From Clostridia bacterium (GTDB taxonomy: Bacteria; Bacillota; Clostridia; Oscillospirales; QAMX01): a stretch of DNA of 64,000 bases. The translations under genes were made by a program, and so were the position numbers. The notes below the pieces were generated by a model. The model was not told the origin of the DNA. It ran no database searches and saw only the letters and a list, made by a program, of their open reading frames with translations. Positions 8,879-17,374 of the stretch are shown here, piece by piece; positions within the stretch are counted from its first letter, which is position 1, and every line of letters starts with the position of its first letter. The stretch is from positions 565-64,564 of the forward strand of contig JAFQKV010000100.1 in NCBI GenBank assembly GCA_017414715.1, in the 5' to 3' direction.

Positions 8879-9874
8879 TCAACGATTCATAATGCCCAGA
8901 TATCCGGCCGCGCAAAGTACCGCCGTCAGGGTTACCGCAACAAAGAAAATTTTCTTCTCGCCCCAGCCGCACATTTCAAAATGGTGATGAATCGGCGCCA
9001 TTTTGAAGATACGCTTTCCGTGGCTGATCTTAAACCAGCCCACCTGCAGAATAACGCTGGCCATCTCAAGGATATACACAAAACCCGCAAGAATAAGAAC
9101 CGCCGGGGCTTCGATACCGAAGGCCAGCGCACAGACCATGCCGCCAAGGAAAAGGGATCCCGTATCTCCCATAAAGACCCGTGCCGGGTTGAAATTGTGA
9201 TACAGAAAACCCAGCATGCCGCCAAGCAGTGCCGCAGCGGGGATGGCAACGGAGGTGTATCTTCCGCCCGCGGTAAAGAGCGCTGCCGCAAGGAAAAGCA
9301 CGGACACCGGCACGGTAACGCCGGCACAGAGGCCGTCAATACCGTCGGTGAGATTGACCGCGTTATCCATTCCCACGATAAAGACGGCTGCAATCACGGC
9401 ATATACATACCAGTTCATGGGGATGCTTATATTGACAAAGGGGATATACAGCTCACCCGCATCATAGCCCCACACGCGCAGCAGTGTCAGAAAGACTGCG
9501 GCAGCCGCTGTCTGTAAAAGCAGCTTCTGCAGGGGTGTCAGGCCCTCGTTCTGCTTTTTGCGAATCTTGGTCATATCGTCCACAAAACCTGCGCCGCCGA
9601 AGATCACAGCCGGAACCAGCACCGCAAGAGGACGAAAATCCCCCTTCAGATAATAAGGCGCGCCAAAAATCAGCACCGCCGCCACGATGGCACCGATAAA
9701 CAGGATGCCGCCCATTGTGGGGGTTCCCTGCTTGGCTCTGTGCCAGCGGGGACCGATCTCCAGAATATGCTGACCGAATTTCAGCTTATGCAGAAAGGAT
9801 ATTACAGCTCTGCCCGGCAAAATTGTCAGCAGAAGGGACAGGCCAAAGGCCCCCAGGACAAACCAGCGATCCAT
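8879..9874 (-). CDS. mraY: Phospho-N-acetylmuramoyl-pentapeptide transferase
   Basis: GPRWHRAKQGTPTMGG, NAVNLTDGIDGL, VFMGDTGSLFLGG, PIHHHFE. Confidence 0.95.
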   Translation of the reverse strand: MDRWFVLGAFGLSLLLTILPGRAVISFLHKLKFGQHILEIGPRWHRAKQGTPTMGGILFIGAIVAAVLIFGAPYYLKGDFRPLAVLVPAVIFGGAGFVDDMTKIRKKQNEGLTPLQKLLLQTAAAAVFLTLLRVWGYDAGELYIPFVNISIPMNWYVYAVIAAVFIVGMDNAVNLTDGIDGLCAGVTVPVSVLFLAAALFTAGGRYTSVAIPAAALLGGMLGFLYHNFNPARVFMGDTGSLFLGGMVCALAFGIEAPAVLILAGFVYILEMASVILQVGWFKISHGKRIFKMAPIHHHFEMCGWGEKKIFFVAVTLTAVLCAAGYLGIMNR

Positions 9875-9898
9875 TTTTCTTTTTCCGATCCTTTGTTT

Positions 9899-11260
9899 TT
9901 ATTCAAAGATGGCGCGGATGGCTTCCTCCATCTTCTCACCGCGACTGCCTTTGAAGAGCAGCACGTCGCCCGCACGGCGCAGCGCCTTCGCCGCCGCTCC
10001 GGCCTCGGCCGCGTCCCCGCACACATGGATGCGGGCACGGTCACACCCGGCGGCCCGGGCTCCGCGGGCATAATCCTCTGCGTTTTTGCCGCAGAAGATG
10101 AGCTCATCCGCAACCTCCGCAGCCATGCTTCCGATCTCGCAATGCTCGCAGGGGGCAATAGCACCAAGCTCACGCATGGTTCCGAGCACCGCCACCCTGC
10201 GCAGGCCTTTGCTTTCGCCAAGCACAGAAAGTGCCGCCCGCATGGACTGGGGATTTGCATTGTAGCAGTCCTCGATAACGGTCACCCCGTCACGGGAATA
10301 AATATTCTGCCGCATACCGGTATTGGTAAAGGCGGCGATGCCTTTTGCAATTTTCTCGGGAGATATGCCCGCCGCAAGGCCGGCGGCGAAAGCCGCGAGG
10401 GCATTTGAAACATTGTGCCGTCCGGCGGCAGGAACGAAGATCTCCGTCTCTCCCTCCGGATGCCGCACAACAGCACGGCTGCCGCCCTCCGTGCTTTCGC
10501 AGGAAAGACAGAATACGTCCGCCTCCTGCCTTTCCATGCCAAAGGTCACGGCTCGGGAACCGATCTCACAAAGCTTTTGCATAAGCAGCGGTTCATCAGC
10601 ATTGAGGATGATATGTCCGTCGGCATCGAGCCCCTGGAGGATCTCAAGCTTTGCATCCCGGATAGCCTCCCTGCTGCCAAGGTTTTCAATATGCGCAACA
10701 CCGACGTTGTTGACCACGGCGATGTGAGGTCTCGCAACGCGGACAAGCCGGGATATCTCTCCCGCATTGGACATGCCCATCTCCAGTACGCAGGCCTGGG
10801 TATCGCGCTCCAGCCGCAGCACCGTCAGGGGAAGTCCGATCTCGTTATTGAAATTGCCCGCTGTCTTGAGCGTCTGATAGGTCGTTCCGTAGACCGAGGC
10901 GATCATCTCTTTCAGCGTAGTTTTTCCGACGCTGCCCGTCACGGCACACATTAGGGGAGAAAACTCTCTGCGATAGCCCTCTGCCAGCTGCAGAAGCGCG
11001 CGGCGGGTATCCCTGACAACCACCACGGGCTGGTTGGGAATGGCATGCTCGGACAGAGAAGCCGTGCAGCCGGAATAGAGTGCGGTTTCGATATAATCGT
11101 GACCGTCCACCCTCTGCCCGCGGAAGGGGATAAACAGTTCCCCCCGTTCCACCCGACGTGTATCGGTACAGATCCCGGTGACGATGGAATCCTTTACCTG
11201 CGGAGGGCAGCCATCGTTTTCAAACAACGTGCATAGATGTGCAAGCGTACGTTTCTCCAC
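9899..11260 (-). CDS. murF: UDP-MurNAc-tripeptide--D-Ala-D-Ala ligase
   Basis: Mur ligase P-loop VTGSVGKTT, ..NNEIGLP.., DCYNANP. GTG start. Position after murE. Confidence 0.9.
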   Translation of the reverse strand: MEKRTLAHLCTLFENDGCPPQVKDSIVTGICTDTRRVERGELFIPFRGQRVDGHDYIETALYSGCTASLSEHAIPNQPVVVVRDTRRALLQLAEGYRREFSPLMCAVTGSVGKTTLKEMIASVYGTTYQTLKTAGNFNNEIGLPLTVLRLERDTQACVLEMGMSNAGEISRLVRVARPHIAVVNNVGVAHIENLGSREAIRDAKLEILQGLDADGHIILNADEPLLMQKLCEIGSRAVTFGMERQEADVFCLSCESTEGGSRAVVRHPEGETEIFVPAAGRHNVSNALAAFAAGLAAGISPEKIAKGIAAFTNTGMRQNIYSRDGVTVIEDCYNANPQSMRAALSVLGESKGLRRVAVLGTMRELGAIAPCEHCEIGSMAAEVADELIFCGKNAEDYARGARAAGCDRARIHVCGDAAEAGAAAKALRRAGDVLLFKGSRGEKMEEAIRAIFE

Positions 11261-11263
11261 GGA

Positions 11264-12733
11264 CTACTCCCCCTTTCTGAAAAGTTCCAGCGCGGCAAGG
11301 ACCTCTTCCCTGTCGTCAAAATGGTGCTTCACACCCATAATCTCCTGATAATCCTCATGACCCTTGCCGGCGATGACGACGGTATCCCCCGCCTTTGCCT
11401 CGGCAATGGCGGCACGGATAGCGCTCCGGCGGTCGGGCTCCGCCGCCCGGGGCTGCCGCTTGCCTTTGACGCCGGCAAGTATCTCCTCAATAATGGCTTC
11501 CGGCACTTCGGTACGGGGATTGTCGGAGGTAACATAGTATACATCCGAAAGCTCGGCGGCGATGGCACCCATGATGGGGCGTTTGGTGCGGTCCCGGTCT
11601 CCGCCGCACCCAAAGACTGCAATCACGCGCCCGGCGGTAAAGCCGCGAACGGTGCGGAGAATGTTGGATAAGCTGTCGGGAGTGTGCGCATAATCGATGA
11701 TCACGCCGAAATCGCTGCCGGTCTCCACCGCCTCACAGCGGCCGCGCACATTTCCGGCACCGGCAAGGCTCTCCGCCGCGGCAGACAGAGAGATGCCCAG
11801 ATCCCGGGCCAGCCCCAGTACCGCGAGGGCATTATATACAGAAAACATACCCGGAATGGGCAGCCGGACACGGTGGAGTTCCCCGGGGGCAACAGCCTCA
11901 AAAACGCAGCCGCTCTGCTGCAGCCGGATATCCTTCGCCACCAGTCCCACATCGTTGCGGCGGGTGGAAAAGAGGGTGGTGGGAATATCCTTTGCCGCAG
12001 ATATCATCATTTCACTGAAGTCTGCATCGGCAGATATGACTGCCGTGTCGCTCATGCCGAAGATAAGAGCCTTTGCGGCGGCATAGTTTTCCATGGTTTT
12101 ATGGTAATCCAGATGGTCAAGGGTCAAATTCAGGAAGGCAGCCGCGGCAAAATGAAGCTCCTTGACCCGGGAAAGAGCGAGCGAATGGGACGAGACCTCC
12201 ATCACTGCGTATCCGCAGCCGGCATCCGCCATTTCCCGCAGATAACGGGAAAGCTCGTGTGCCTCCGGCGTGGTGTTCGCACTGGGAAGCTCACGGTCAC
12301 CGATCAGAATATGATTGGTTCCGATGAGACCGACCTTAGCCCCGAGACAATCCTCAAGAACGTGCTTCAGAAGATGCGTTACCGTGGTCTTCCCCTTGGT
12401 TCCGGTAACGCCGACGATCTTCATCTCGCGTTCGGGATGGCCGTAATACTCCGCCGCGCATTCCGCAAGCGCCTTGCGGACATCACGAACGAGTATATAC
12501 GCCTCCGGTGCAGGATCGGGCAGAGCATCCAGCACGGGGAGCGCCCCCGCCGCAGCAGCAGAAAGAGCGAAATCCCTGCCGTGGCGGGCTCCGTCGGCAA
12601 CGCCGGGCAGTCCGAAGAAAAGCATCCCCTCTCCCGCCGTGCGGGAGGAGGTGCACAGTCCCGTGATCTCTTGCCCCATATCACACCGTGCTTCGATCAC
12701 TTCGGTATTTGCAAAAACAACAGTTCTGTTCAT
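11264..12733 (-). CDS. murE: UDP-MurNAc-L-Ala-D-Glu--2,6-diaminopimelate (or Lys) ligase
   Basis: VGVTGTKGKTT, MEVSSH, DYAHTPDSL, GCGGDRD..KRP, DNPR. The stop is TAG (11264-11266). Confidence 0.92.
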   Translation of the reverse strand: MNRTVVFANTEVIEARCDMGQEITGLCTSSRTAGEGMLFFGLPGVADGARHGRDFALSAAAAGALPVLDALPDPAPEAYILVRDVRKALAECAAEYYGHPEREMKIVGVTGTKGKTTVTHLLKHVLEDCLGAKVGLIGTNHILIGDRELPSANTTPEAHELSRYLREMADAGCGYAVMEVSSHSLALSRVKELHFAAAAFLNLTLDHLDYHKTMENYAAAKALIFGMSDTAVISADADFSEMMISAAKDIPTTLFSTRRNDVGLVAKDIRLQQSGCVFEAVAPGELHRVRLPIPGMFSVYNALAVLGLARDLGISLSAAAESLAGAGNVRGRCEAVETGSDFGVIIDYAHTPDSLSNILRTVRGFTAGRVIAVFGCGGDRDRTKRPIMGAIAAELSDVYYVTSDNPRTEVPEAIIEEILAGVKGKRQPRAAEPDRRSAIRAAIAEAKAGDTVVIAGKGHEDYQEIMGVKHHFDDREEVLAALELFRKGE

Positions 12734-12772
12734 GATTGTTACTCGCTTCCGTAAAAAGCCAAAAGGGATGTA

Positions 12773-15058
12773 TCAGTGGTCTGCCGTGTTTTCCAGGTCG
12801 GCAAACTGCACGTTGACAACGGTACCGACCTGCACGCTGTCACCCGCACGGACCGACTGAGAGGTCGCACGCGTTGCGGAATCGCCGGAGCTTTGCAGGG
12901 CACCCTGGGCATGGAGATAAAGACCCATGCTGTCCAGTTTCAGGCGGACCTGATCGTAGCTCATTCCCGTAAGGGAGGGCATCGTAAGTGCTTCTGTGTC
13001 AGCGGCCTCGCCGCAGTAGAGAAGAATCGTGGAATCCTTTGCAATATCCGCTCCGGCCGCAGGCATCTGTGTGGTGACCGTAGTTCCCTGACCGATCACG
13101 CGGACGCGGAAGCCCGCACGCTTGAGCTTATTCTCGGCAACGGAAACGGAATTTCCCGTTACCGCGGGCACAGAGACCTGCGCCTTGGCAAGCTCCTCCT
13201 CGGTGTACACGGGATCGATGCCCCAGTAAGGCAGGACCTCGGAAAGGATATTTCCCACCACGGGCGCTGCAATCTGTCCGCCCTGACGAAGGCTTCCTCG
13301 GGGCTCGTCGATGAGCACCAGCACGGCGATCTCCGGATCATCCATCGGAGCAACGCCGCAGAAGGAGGCAATGCGCTTGTCGCTTTCCGTCTCCCCTTCC
13401 TCCAGCACGGCATCCAGTTTTTCGGATGTGCCGGTCTTGCCGCCGACGCGGTAACCGGCAACATACGCATTCTTACCGGTACCCGTGGATACGACCTGCT
13501 CCATCATGTAGCAGAGCGTCTCGGAGGTGGAGGCAGAAACGATCTGGGAGATCATGGTGGGTTCCACCGTCTCAATAATATTTCCGTCCTTGTCGGCAAT
13601 GGCCTTGACAAGGTGGGGCTGCATCATTTTGCCGCCGTTGACCAGACCGCAGATCGTGGTCAGAAGGCGGATCGGCGTGACCTTGAAGCGCTGACCGAAG
13701 GAGGCAATGGCAAGCTCCAGCTCACGGAAGTTGGACTTGCTGTGAAGAATACCCGTCTGTTCACCCTGCAGATCGATATCCGTTTTGTCGGCAAGACCCA
13801 TGGTGTGCAGATATTCATAGTATTTCTCGGTACCTACCCGCAGCGCCGTTTCCATAAAGACAGGGTTGCAGGAGTTTTTCAGACCGTCCAGAAAGTTCTC
13901 GCCGCCGTGGCCGCCCGCCTTCCAACAGGCAACACGCTGCGTTCCGATGTATTTATAGCCGGGGCAGGAGAAGGTATCCGAAAGACTTACCGCTCCCTCT
14001 TCCAGAGCAATGGCGGTGGTCACAAGCTTGAAAACGGAGCCTGGCTCGTAGGTCAAGGAAACCGGGCGGGTACTCCACTGCTCGAATAAGGCGGCACTCT
14101 CTGCCGTCTCTCGCTCTTCCTCGTCGGTGATAGTCTCGAGCTCCGCAAGCACCTTTTCATCCCAGACGGAACGGGGATCGTTTAGATCGTAGGTGGGATA
14201 CTGTCCCATGCCAAGGACCTCGCCGGTCTTGACGTTCATAACGATGCCGATGGTGCCAACGGCACATTTGTTGTCCTCATAAGCCTTTTTGAGGTACTTT
14301 TCCAGAATCTGCTGGATGGGGATATCGATCGTCGTTACGGGAGAAATGCCGTCCTCGGCATCAAAATACTGCTCGTAGGCGGAGGAAAGTGCTGTTCCCG
14401 CGCCGTTTTTGGAGGTGGTGATGCGTCCGGGCGTGCCGGAAAGCATATCCTCATAGGCTGCCTCAAGACCGTAGGCACCCACATTATCCACCGTTGTGAA
14501 CCCGATAACATTGGCAGCGAGCGTTCCGTAGGGGTAATAACGCTCTGTATCCTCAAAAAGATGGATCCCCTTGATCTTTTCCGTGCTGATGAAGGTGCGG
14601 ATAAGCTCGCAGGTCTCGGTATCCACTTTTTTCTTGATGACCTGATAATAGCTCTTCTTGTTCTGCGTCTTCTGCAGGATCCATTCCCGGTCCAGATCCA
14701 GAATTACCGCAAGCTCGGAAGCAACTCTTTCCACCTGTTCATCCTTCATCGTCGCCGGAGAAAGCACCACCGTATAGCAGGGCACACTGTAGGCGAGCTT
14801 CTGCATGTCGGAGGCATAGATGGTTCCGCGTGCCGGAGTAATGATCTGGTCCAGCGTCTGCTGCTCCAGGGCACGGGTCTCATAAAAGTCATGCTTGATG
14901 ATCTGGTGATAAAAAAGCATACCTCCCATGCCCACCACCAGAAGCACGCAGAACACAGCCGCCACAAGAACAGAACGGCCGATCATGGATTTTGTGGGTG
15001 TTGGGGCATTCATTTCGGGTATTTTCCTTTCCGTACGGCGATGTTCATGACGCTTCAT
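12773..15058 (-). CDS. Class B penicillin-binding protein (SpoVD/FtsI-type transpeptidase) with two C-terminal PASTA domains
   Basis: N-terminal TM; YEPGSVFK (SxxK), KNSCN (SxN), GGKTGT (KTG); two PASTA-like repeats at the C-terminus. An alternative RBS-supported start is ATG 15013 (GGAAAGGAAAA upstream). Confidence 0.9.
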   Translation of the reverse strand: MKRHEHRRTERKIPEMNAPTPTKSMIGRSVLVAAVFCVLLVVGMGGMLFYHQIIKHDFYETRALEQQTLDQIITPARGTIYASDMQKLAYSVPCYTVVLSPATMKDEQVERVASELAVILDLDREWILQKTQNKKSYYQVIKKKVDTETCELIRTFISTEKIKGIHLFEDTERYYPYGTLAANVIGFTTVDNVGAYGLEAAYEDMLSGTPGRITTSKNGAGTALSSAYEQYFDAEDGISPVTTIDIPIQQILEKYLKKAYEDNKCAVGTIGIVMNVKTGEVLGMGQYPTYDLNDPRSVWDEKVLAELETITDEEERETAESAALFEQWSTRPVSLTYEPGSVFKLVTTAIALEEGAVSLSDTFSCPGYKYIGTQRVACWKAGGHGGENFLDGLKNSCNPVFMETALRVGTEKYYEYLHTMGLADKTDIDLQGEQTGILHSKSNFRELELAIASFGQRFKVTPIRLLTTICGLVNGGKMMQPHLVKAIADKDGNIIETVEPTMISQIVSASTSETLCYMMEQVVSTGTGKNAYVAGYRVGGKTGTSEKLDAVLEEGETESDKRIASFCGVAPMDDPEIAVLVLIDEPRGSLRQGGQIAAPVVGNILSEVLPYWGIDPVYTEEELAKAQVSVPAVTGNSVSVAENKLKRAGFRVRVIGQGTTVTTQMPAAGADIAKDSTILLYCGEAADTEALTMPSLTGMSYDQVRLKLDSMGLYLHAQGALQSSGDSATRATSQSVRAGDSVQVGTVVNVQFADLENTADH

Positions 15059-15151
15059 AAAGACAGAGACAGGGAAATGCGATTTTCACATTTCCCATCA
15101 TCTCATTCCGGGGCGGATCCCGCAGATCTGCCCTATCATATTATCATGCTG

Positions 15152-15661
15152 TCAGCGAAAATATTCTACAAAGGTGTCGAAGGCGTTCCTCAGTTTTGCT
15201 CCGGCTGTTCCGGTCTTCGCCGCCGTTCCGTCGGCAAGACGGATCTCATCGGCTTCACCAAGATCAATATAAATGACGTTTTCCGCCGTGGCCCGGGTCA
15301 TACCGAGATGGTTCTCGGCATATTCCGCAAGCTCGGAGAGATTGTATTCCCGATCCTGCGCGGCGAGGATCGCAGTGTACTCCTTCTGAAGTGCCGTCAT
15401 CTCTCTCTGCAGGGCGCCAGAGCGGATATTGAGCTCCGAGAGCTTTGCATAGCTCATGACCACCATGGCAAACATGACTGCCACAGCCAGTGCGGCAAAA
15501 ATGTATCCGTAGCTGATGCGGGGAGCCGCCGCCTTCGAGGCCGTCTTCTCAGGCTCACGCAGAATGCGGGTTTCTTCGCGGATCTCGCTCCGCATTTCAC
15601 GGGTATACATATCGTGAGCGAGGTTTGACTGACGCGGGACCGTTCTGTACTTCTGCTCCAT
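15152..15661 (-). CDS. ftsL: FtsL-like cell division protein (bitopic, coiled coil)
   Basis: Start trimmed to MEQKYRTV (RBS GGAAAGGAAG). TM segment YGYIFAALAVAVMFAMVVM followed by a heptad-like region. Position between rsmH and the PBP. Confidence 0.65.
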   Translation of the reverse strand: MEQKYRTVPRQSNLAHDMYTREMRSEIREETRILREPEKTASKAAAPRISYGYIFAALAVAVMFAMVVMSYAKLSELNIRSGALQREMTALQKEYTAILAAQDREYNLSELAEYAENHLGMTRATAENVIYIDLGEADEIRLADGTAAKTGTAGAKLRNAFDTFVEYFR

Positions 15662-15713
15662 TCCCGGACTTCCTTTCCTTTTATCTTCCCTGCCGCGCTG
15701 TGCGCGGCCTTGA

Positions 15714-16658
15714 TTATTCCTGTTCCAGCACCTCGCAGATGCGAAGCTTTGCACTGCGGGCGCGGGGGTTGCGTTCCAGCTCCTCCGCCGAGGGGAGGAT
15801 GGGTTTTTTGGAGATCAGCCGGACCTTGGGCTTTCCGCCGCATACACACACGGGGAACTGCGGCGGACAGGTACAGCCCTTTGCCATATCTGCGAATGCT
15901 TCCTTCGTTATACGGTCTTCCAGCGAATGAAAGGTGATAACGCAGATACGTCCGCCGGGGTTCATGTGCTTCCAGAGGTCCTTCAGCGCCTCCTCCACCG
16001 CAGCAAGCTCACCGTTGACCGCGATGCGCAGCGCCTGAAAGCTTCGTTTTGCCGGATGCTGTTTTTCCCGCAGTGCCTGCGGCGGCATGGCCGATCTGAT
16101 GATCCCGCACAGCCGTCCGGTCGTTGCGATCGGCATCTCAGCACGGGCTTTTATGACGGCCCGGGCAATCTGGCGGCTGTAGCGTTCTTCTCCGTAGCGC
16201 CAGAGAATATCCGCAATGGCAAACTCGTCATAGGTGTTGACAAGATCTGCCGCCGTCATCCCGGCACTTCTGTCCATTCTCATGTCCAGCGGCGCATCCT
16301 GCATGTAGGAGAAGCCGCGTTCCGGCTCATCCAGCTGGAAGGAGGAAACGCCAAGATCAAAGAGGATACCGTCTGCCCTGAGACCAAGATCGGAAAGCAC
16401 GTTCTTAACATCGGAAAAGTTCGATTTTACCGGGGTGAACCTGTCAGCCCAGGGGCTGAGCCTTTCCCCCGCCGCGCGGAGCGCATCATCATCCCGATCG
16501 ATGCCGATCAGCCGTCCGCCGGCGCAAAGCCGTTCCGCGATACGGCAGGAATGTCCGCCGCCGCCGAGGGTGCAGTCAACGTAGACGCCGTCGGGCCGGA
16601 TGTTCAGCCCGTTCAGGCACTCCTGCAGGAGCACCGACTCATGCACGAATTCTTTCAT
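15714..16658 (-). CDS. rsmH: 16S rRNA (cytosine1402-N4)-methyltransferase
   Basis: HESVLLQE..L.., VDCTLGGGGHS, GILFDLGVSSFQLD, AITFHSLEDR-like ITFHSLEDRI. Confidence 0.95.
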   Translation of the reverse strand: MKEFVHESVLLQECLNGLNIRPDGVYVDCTLGGGGHSCRIAERLCAGGRLIGIDRDDDALRAAGERLSPWADRFTPVKSNFSDVKNVLSDLGLRADGILFDLGVSSFQLDEPERGFSYMQDAPLDMRMDRSAGMTAADLVNTYDEFAIADILWRYGEERYSRQIARAVIKARAEMPIATTGRLCGIIRSAMPPQALREKQHPAKRSFQALRIAVNGELAAVEEALKDLWKHMNPGGRICVITFHSLEDRITKEAFADMAKGCTCPPQFPVCVCGGKPKVRLISKKPILPSAEELERNPRARSAKLRICEVLEQE

Positions 16659-17095
16659 CAGAAATGGAATTCACTCATGCGCTGTTCCATGCGCTCATTG
16701 GTCAGTTCTTCCTGTGCGCGGTCGTATTCCGCATCGCTCCAGATCTCCAGATGGGTGATGGAGCCGGCCAGCACGCAAACTCCCTTGCCTTCGATACCGG
16801 CATGATTGCGCAAAAACTGCGGAATGAGCATGCGGCCCTGATTGTCCTTGCCGCAAAGCTCGGATTTATTGATAAAGAACCGTTTAAAATCCTGGGCATC
16901 GGAGAAGCTCATGCTGCCGATCTTCGCAGTAAAGCTCTCCCAGCCTTCCATCGTAAACGCCCACAGGCAGCGGCCGTTTCCTCGGGCGACACCGCGGCAA
17001 AGCACAAATTCCTCGCCCAGTTCTTCCTTGAACCGTGCGGGGATCTGGAGACGACCCTTATCGTCAATATTGTGCCTGTACTCACCCTGCAGCAT
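16658..17095 (-). CDS. mraZ: Transcriptional regulator MraZ
   Basis: MLQGEYRHNIDDKGRLQIPARFKEEL.. and a second DNQGRMLIPQFLR repeat (duplicated SpoVT/AbrB-like halves). AAGGAG RBS. Confidence 0.95.
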   Translation of the reverse strand: MLQGEYRHNIDDKGRLQIPARFKEELGEEFVLCRGVARGNGRCLWAFTMEGWESFTAKIGSMSFSDAQDFKRFFINKSELCGKDNQGRMLIPQFLRNHAGIEGKGVCVLAGSITHLEIWSDAEYDRAQEELTNERMEQRMSEFHF

Positions 17096-17131
17096 TTACA
17101 ACTCCTTGCGGCGATCTTAGGGACTGTATCA

Positions 17132-17160
17132 CCACTGCATCCCCACTTCGTTACCACTTG
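17132..17160 (-). promoter_or_regulatory. Putative MraZ operator: three direct repeats with an AGTGG core at exact 11-nt phasing
   Basis: The minus strand reads gtCAAGTGGtaacGAAGTGGggatGCAGTGGtg. Plus ccactgc 17132-17138, ccacttc 17143-17149, ccacttg 17154-17160. The repeats lie immediately downstream of the -10 box. Confidence 0.6.
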
Positions 17161-17166
17161 ACTATT

Positions 17167-17194
17167 ATTATACACCTTTTTCGCAAATAATCAA
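17167..17194 (-). promoter_or_regulatory. Candidate dcw/mraZ promoter (TTGATT-16-TATAAT on the minus strand)
   Basis: Plus aatcaa 17189-17194 and attata 17167-17172 with a 16-nt spacer, ~70 nt upstream of the mraZ ATG. Confidence 0.55.
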
Positions 17195-17264
17195 TAGGCA
17201 TTTTAAAATTTATTACCGGTTGAAAGCCTTTTTTTCGATGCTCTTTCGTTGATTCCCGAACTTT

Positions 17265-17278
17265 CGAACAGTTGTTCG
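17265..17278. promoter_or_regulatory. LexA (Cheo-box)-like palindrome CGAACAgtTGTTCG
   Basis: Perfect 6+6 palindrome matching GAAC-N4-GTTC, with a third CGAAC half-site 4 nt upstream (cccgaactttcgaacagttgttcg). Intergenic, ~70 nt upstream of the mraZ -35. Confidence 0.35.
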
Positions 17279-17320
17279 TGTTTTGCGAAAAAGTTATGTC
17301 CTTCGCCCGCAAAAGCGCGC

Positions 17321-17360
17321 AAAAAAAGAGCCTCGAACAGTTCAAATCTGTCCGGGGCTC
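17321..17360 (-). terminator. Rho-independent terminator after deoC
   Basis: Minus strand gagccccggacag-atttgaa-ctgttcgaggctc followed by TTTTTTT. Confidence 0.7.
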
Positions 17361-17374
17361 CTGTGGTCCGTATT

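Noticed and set aside
7895-9517. 540-aa plus-strand ORF across ftsW/mraY. The same class includes 12776..14089 (+), 22210..23316 (-), 35105..36193 (-), 36430..37644 (+), 44027..45211 (+), 46824..48152 (-), 50359..51714 (+), 56618..58354 (+), 60263..61357 (-) and 61580..62506 (+).
   Set aside because: Every one of them lies antisense to a gene with strong family motifs. They have R/G/H/A-rich, repetitive translations and lack RBS-supported starts. I treated them as shadow ORFs.
17151-17345. 64-aa minus-strand ORF in the deoC-mraZ spacer, considered as a possible SOS-induced small division inhibitor downstream of the LexA-like box
   Set aside because: The ORF spans the terminator, the palindrome and the mraZ promoter. 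It has no RBS and a low-complexity sequence. The only ATG-initiated peptide downstream of the box is 16 aa without an RBS.
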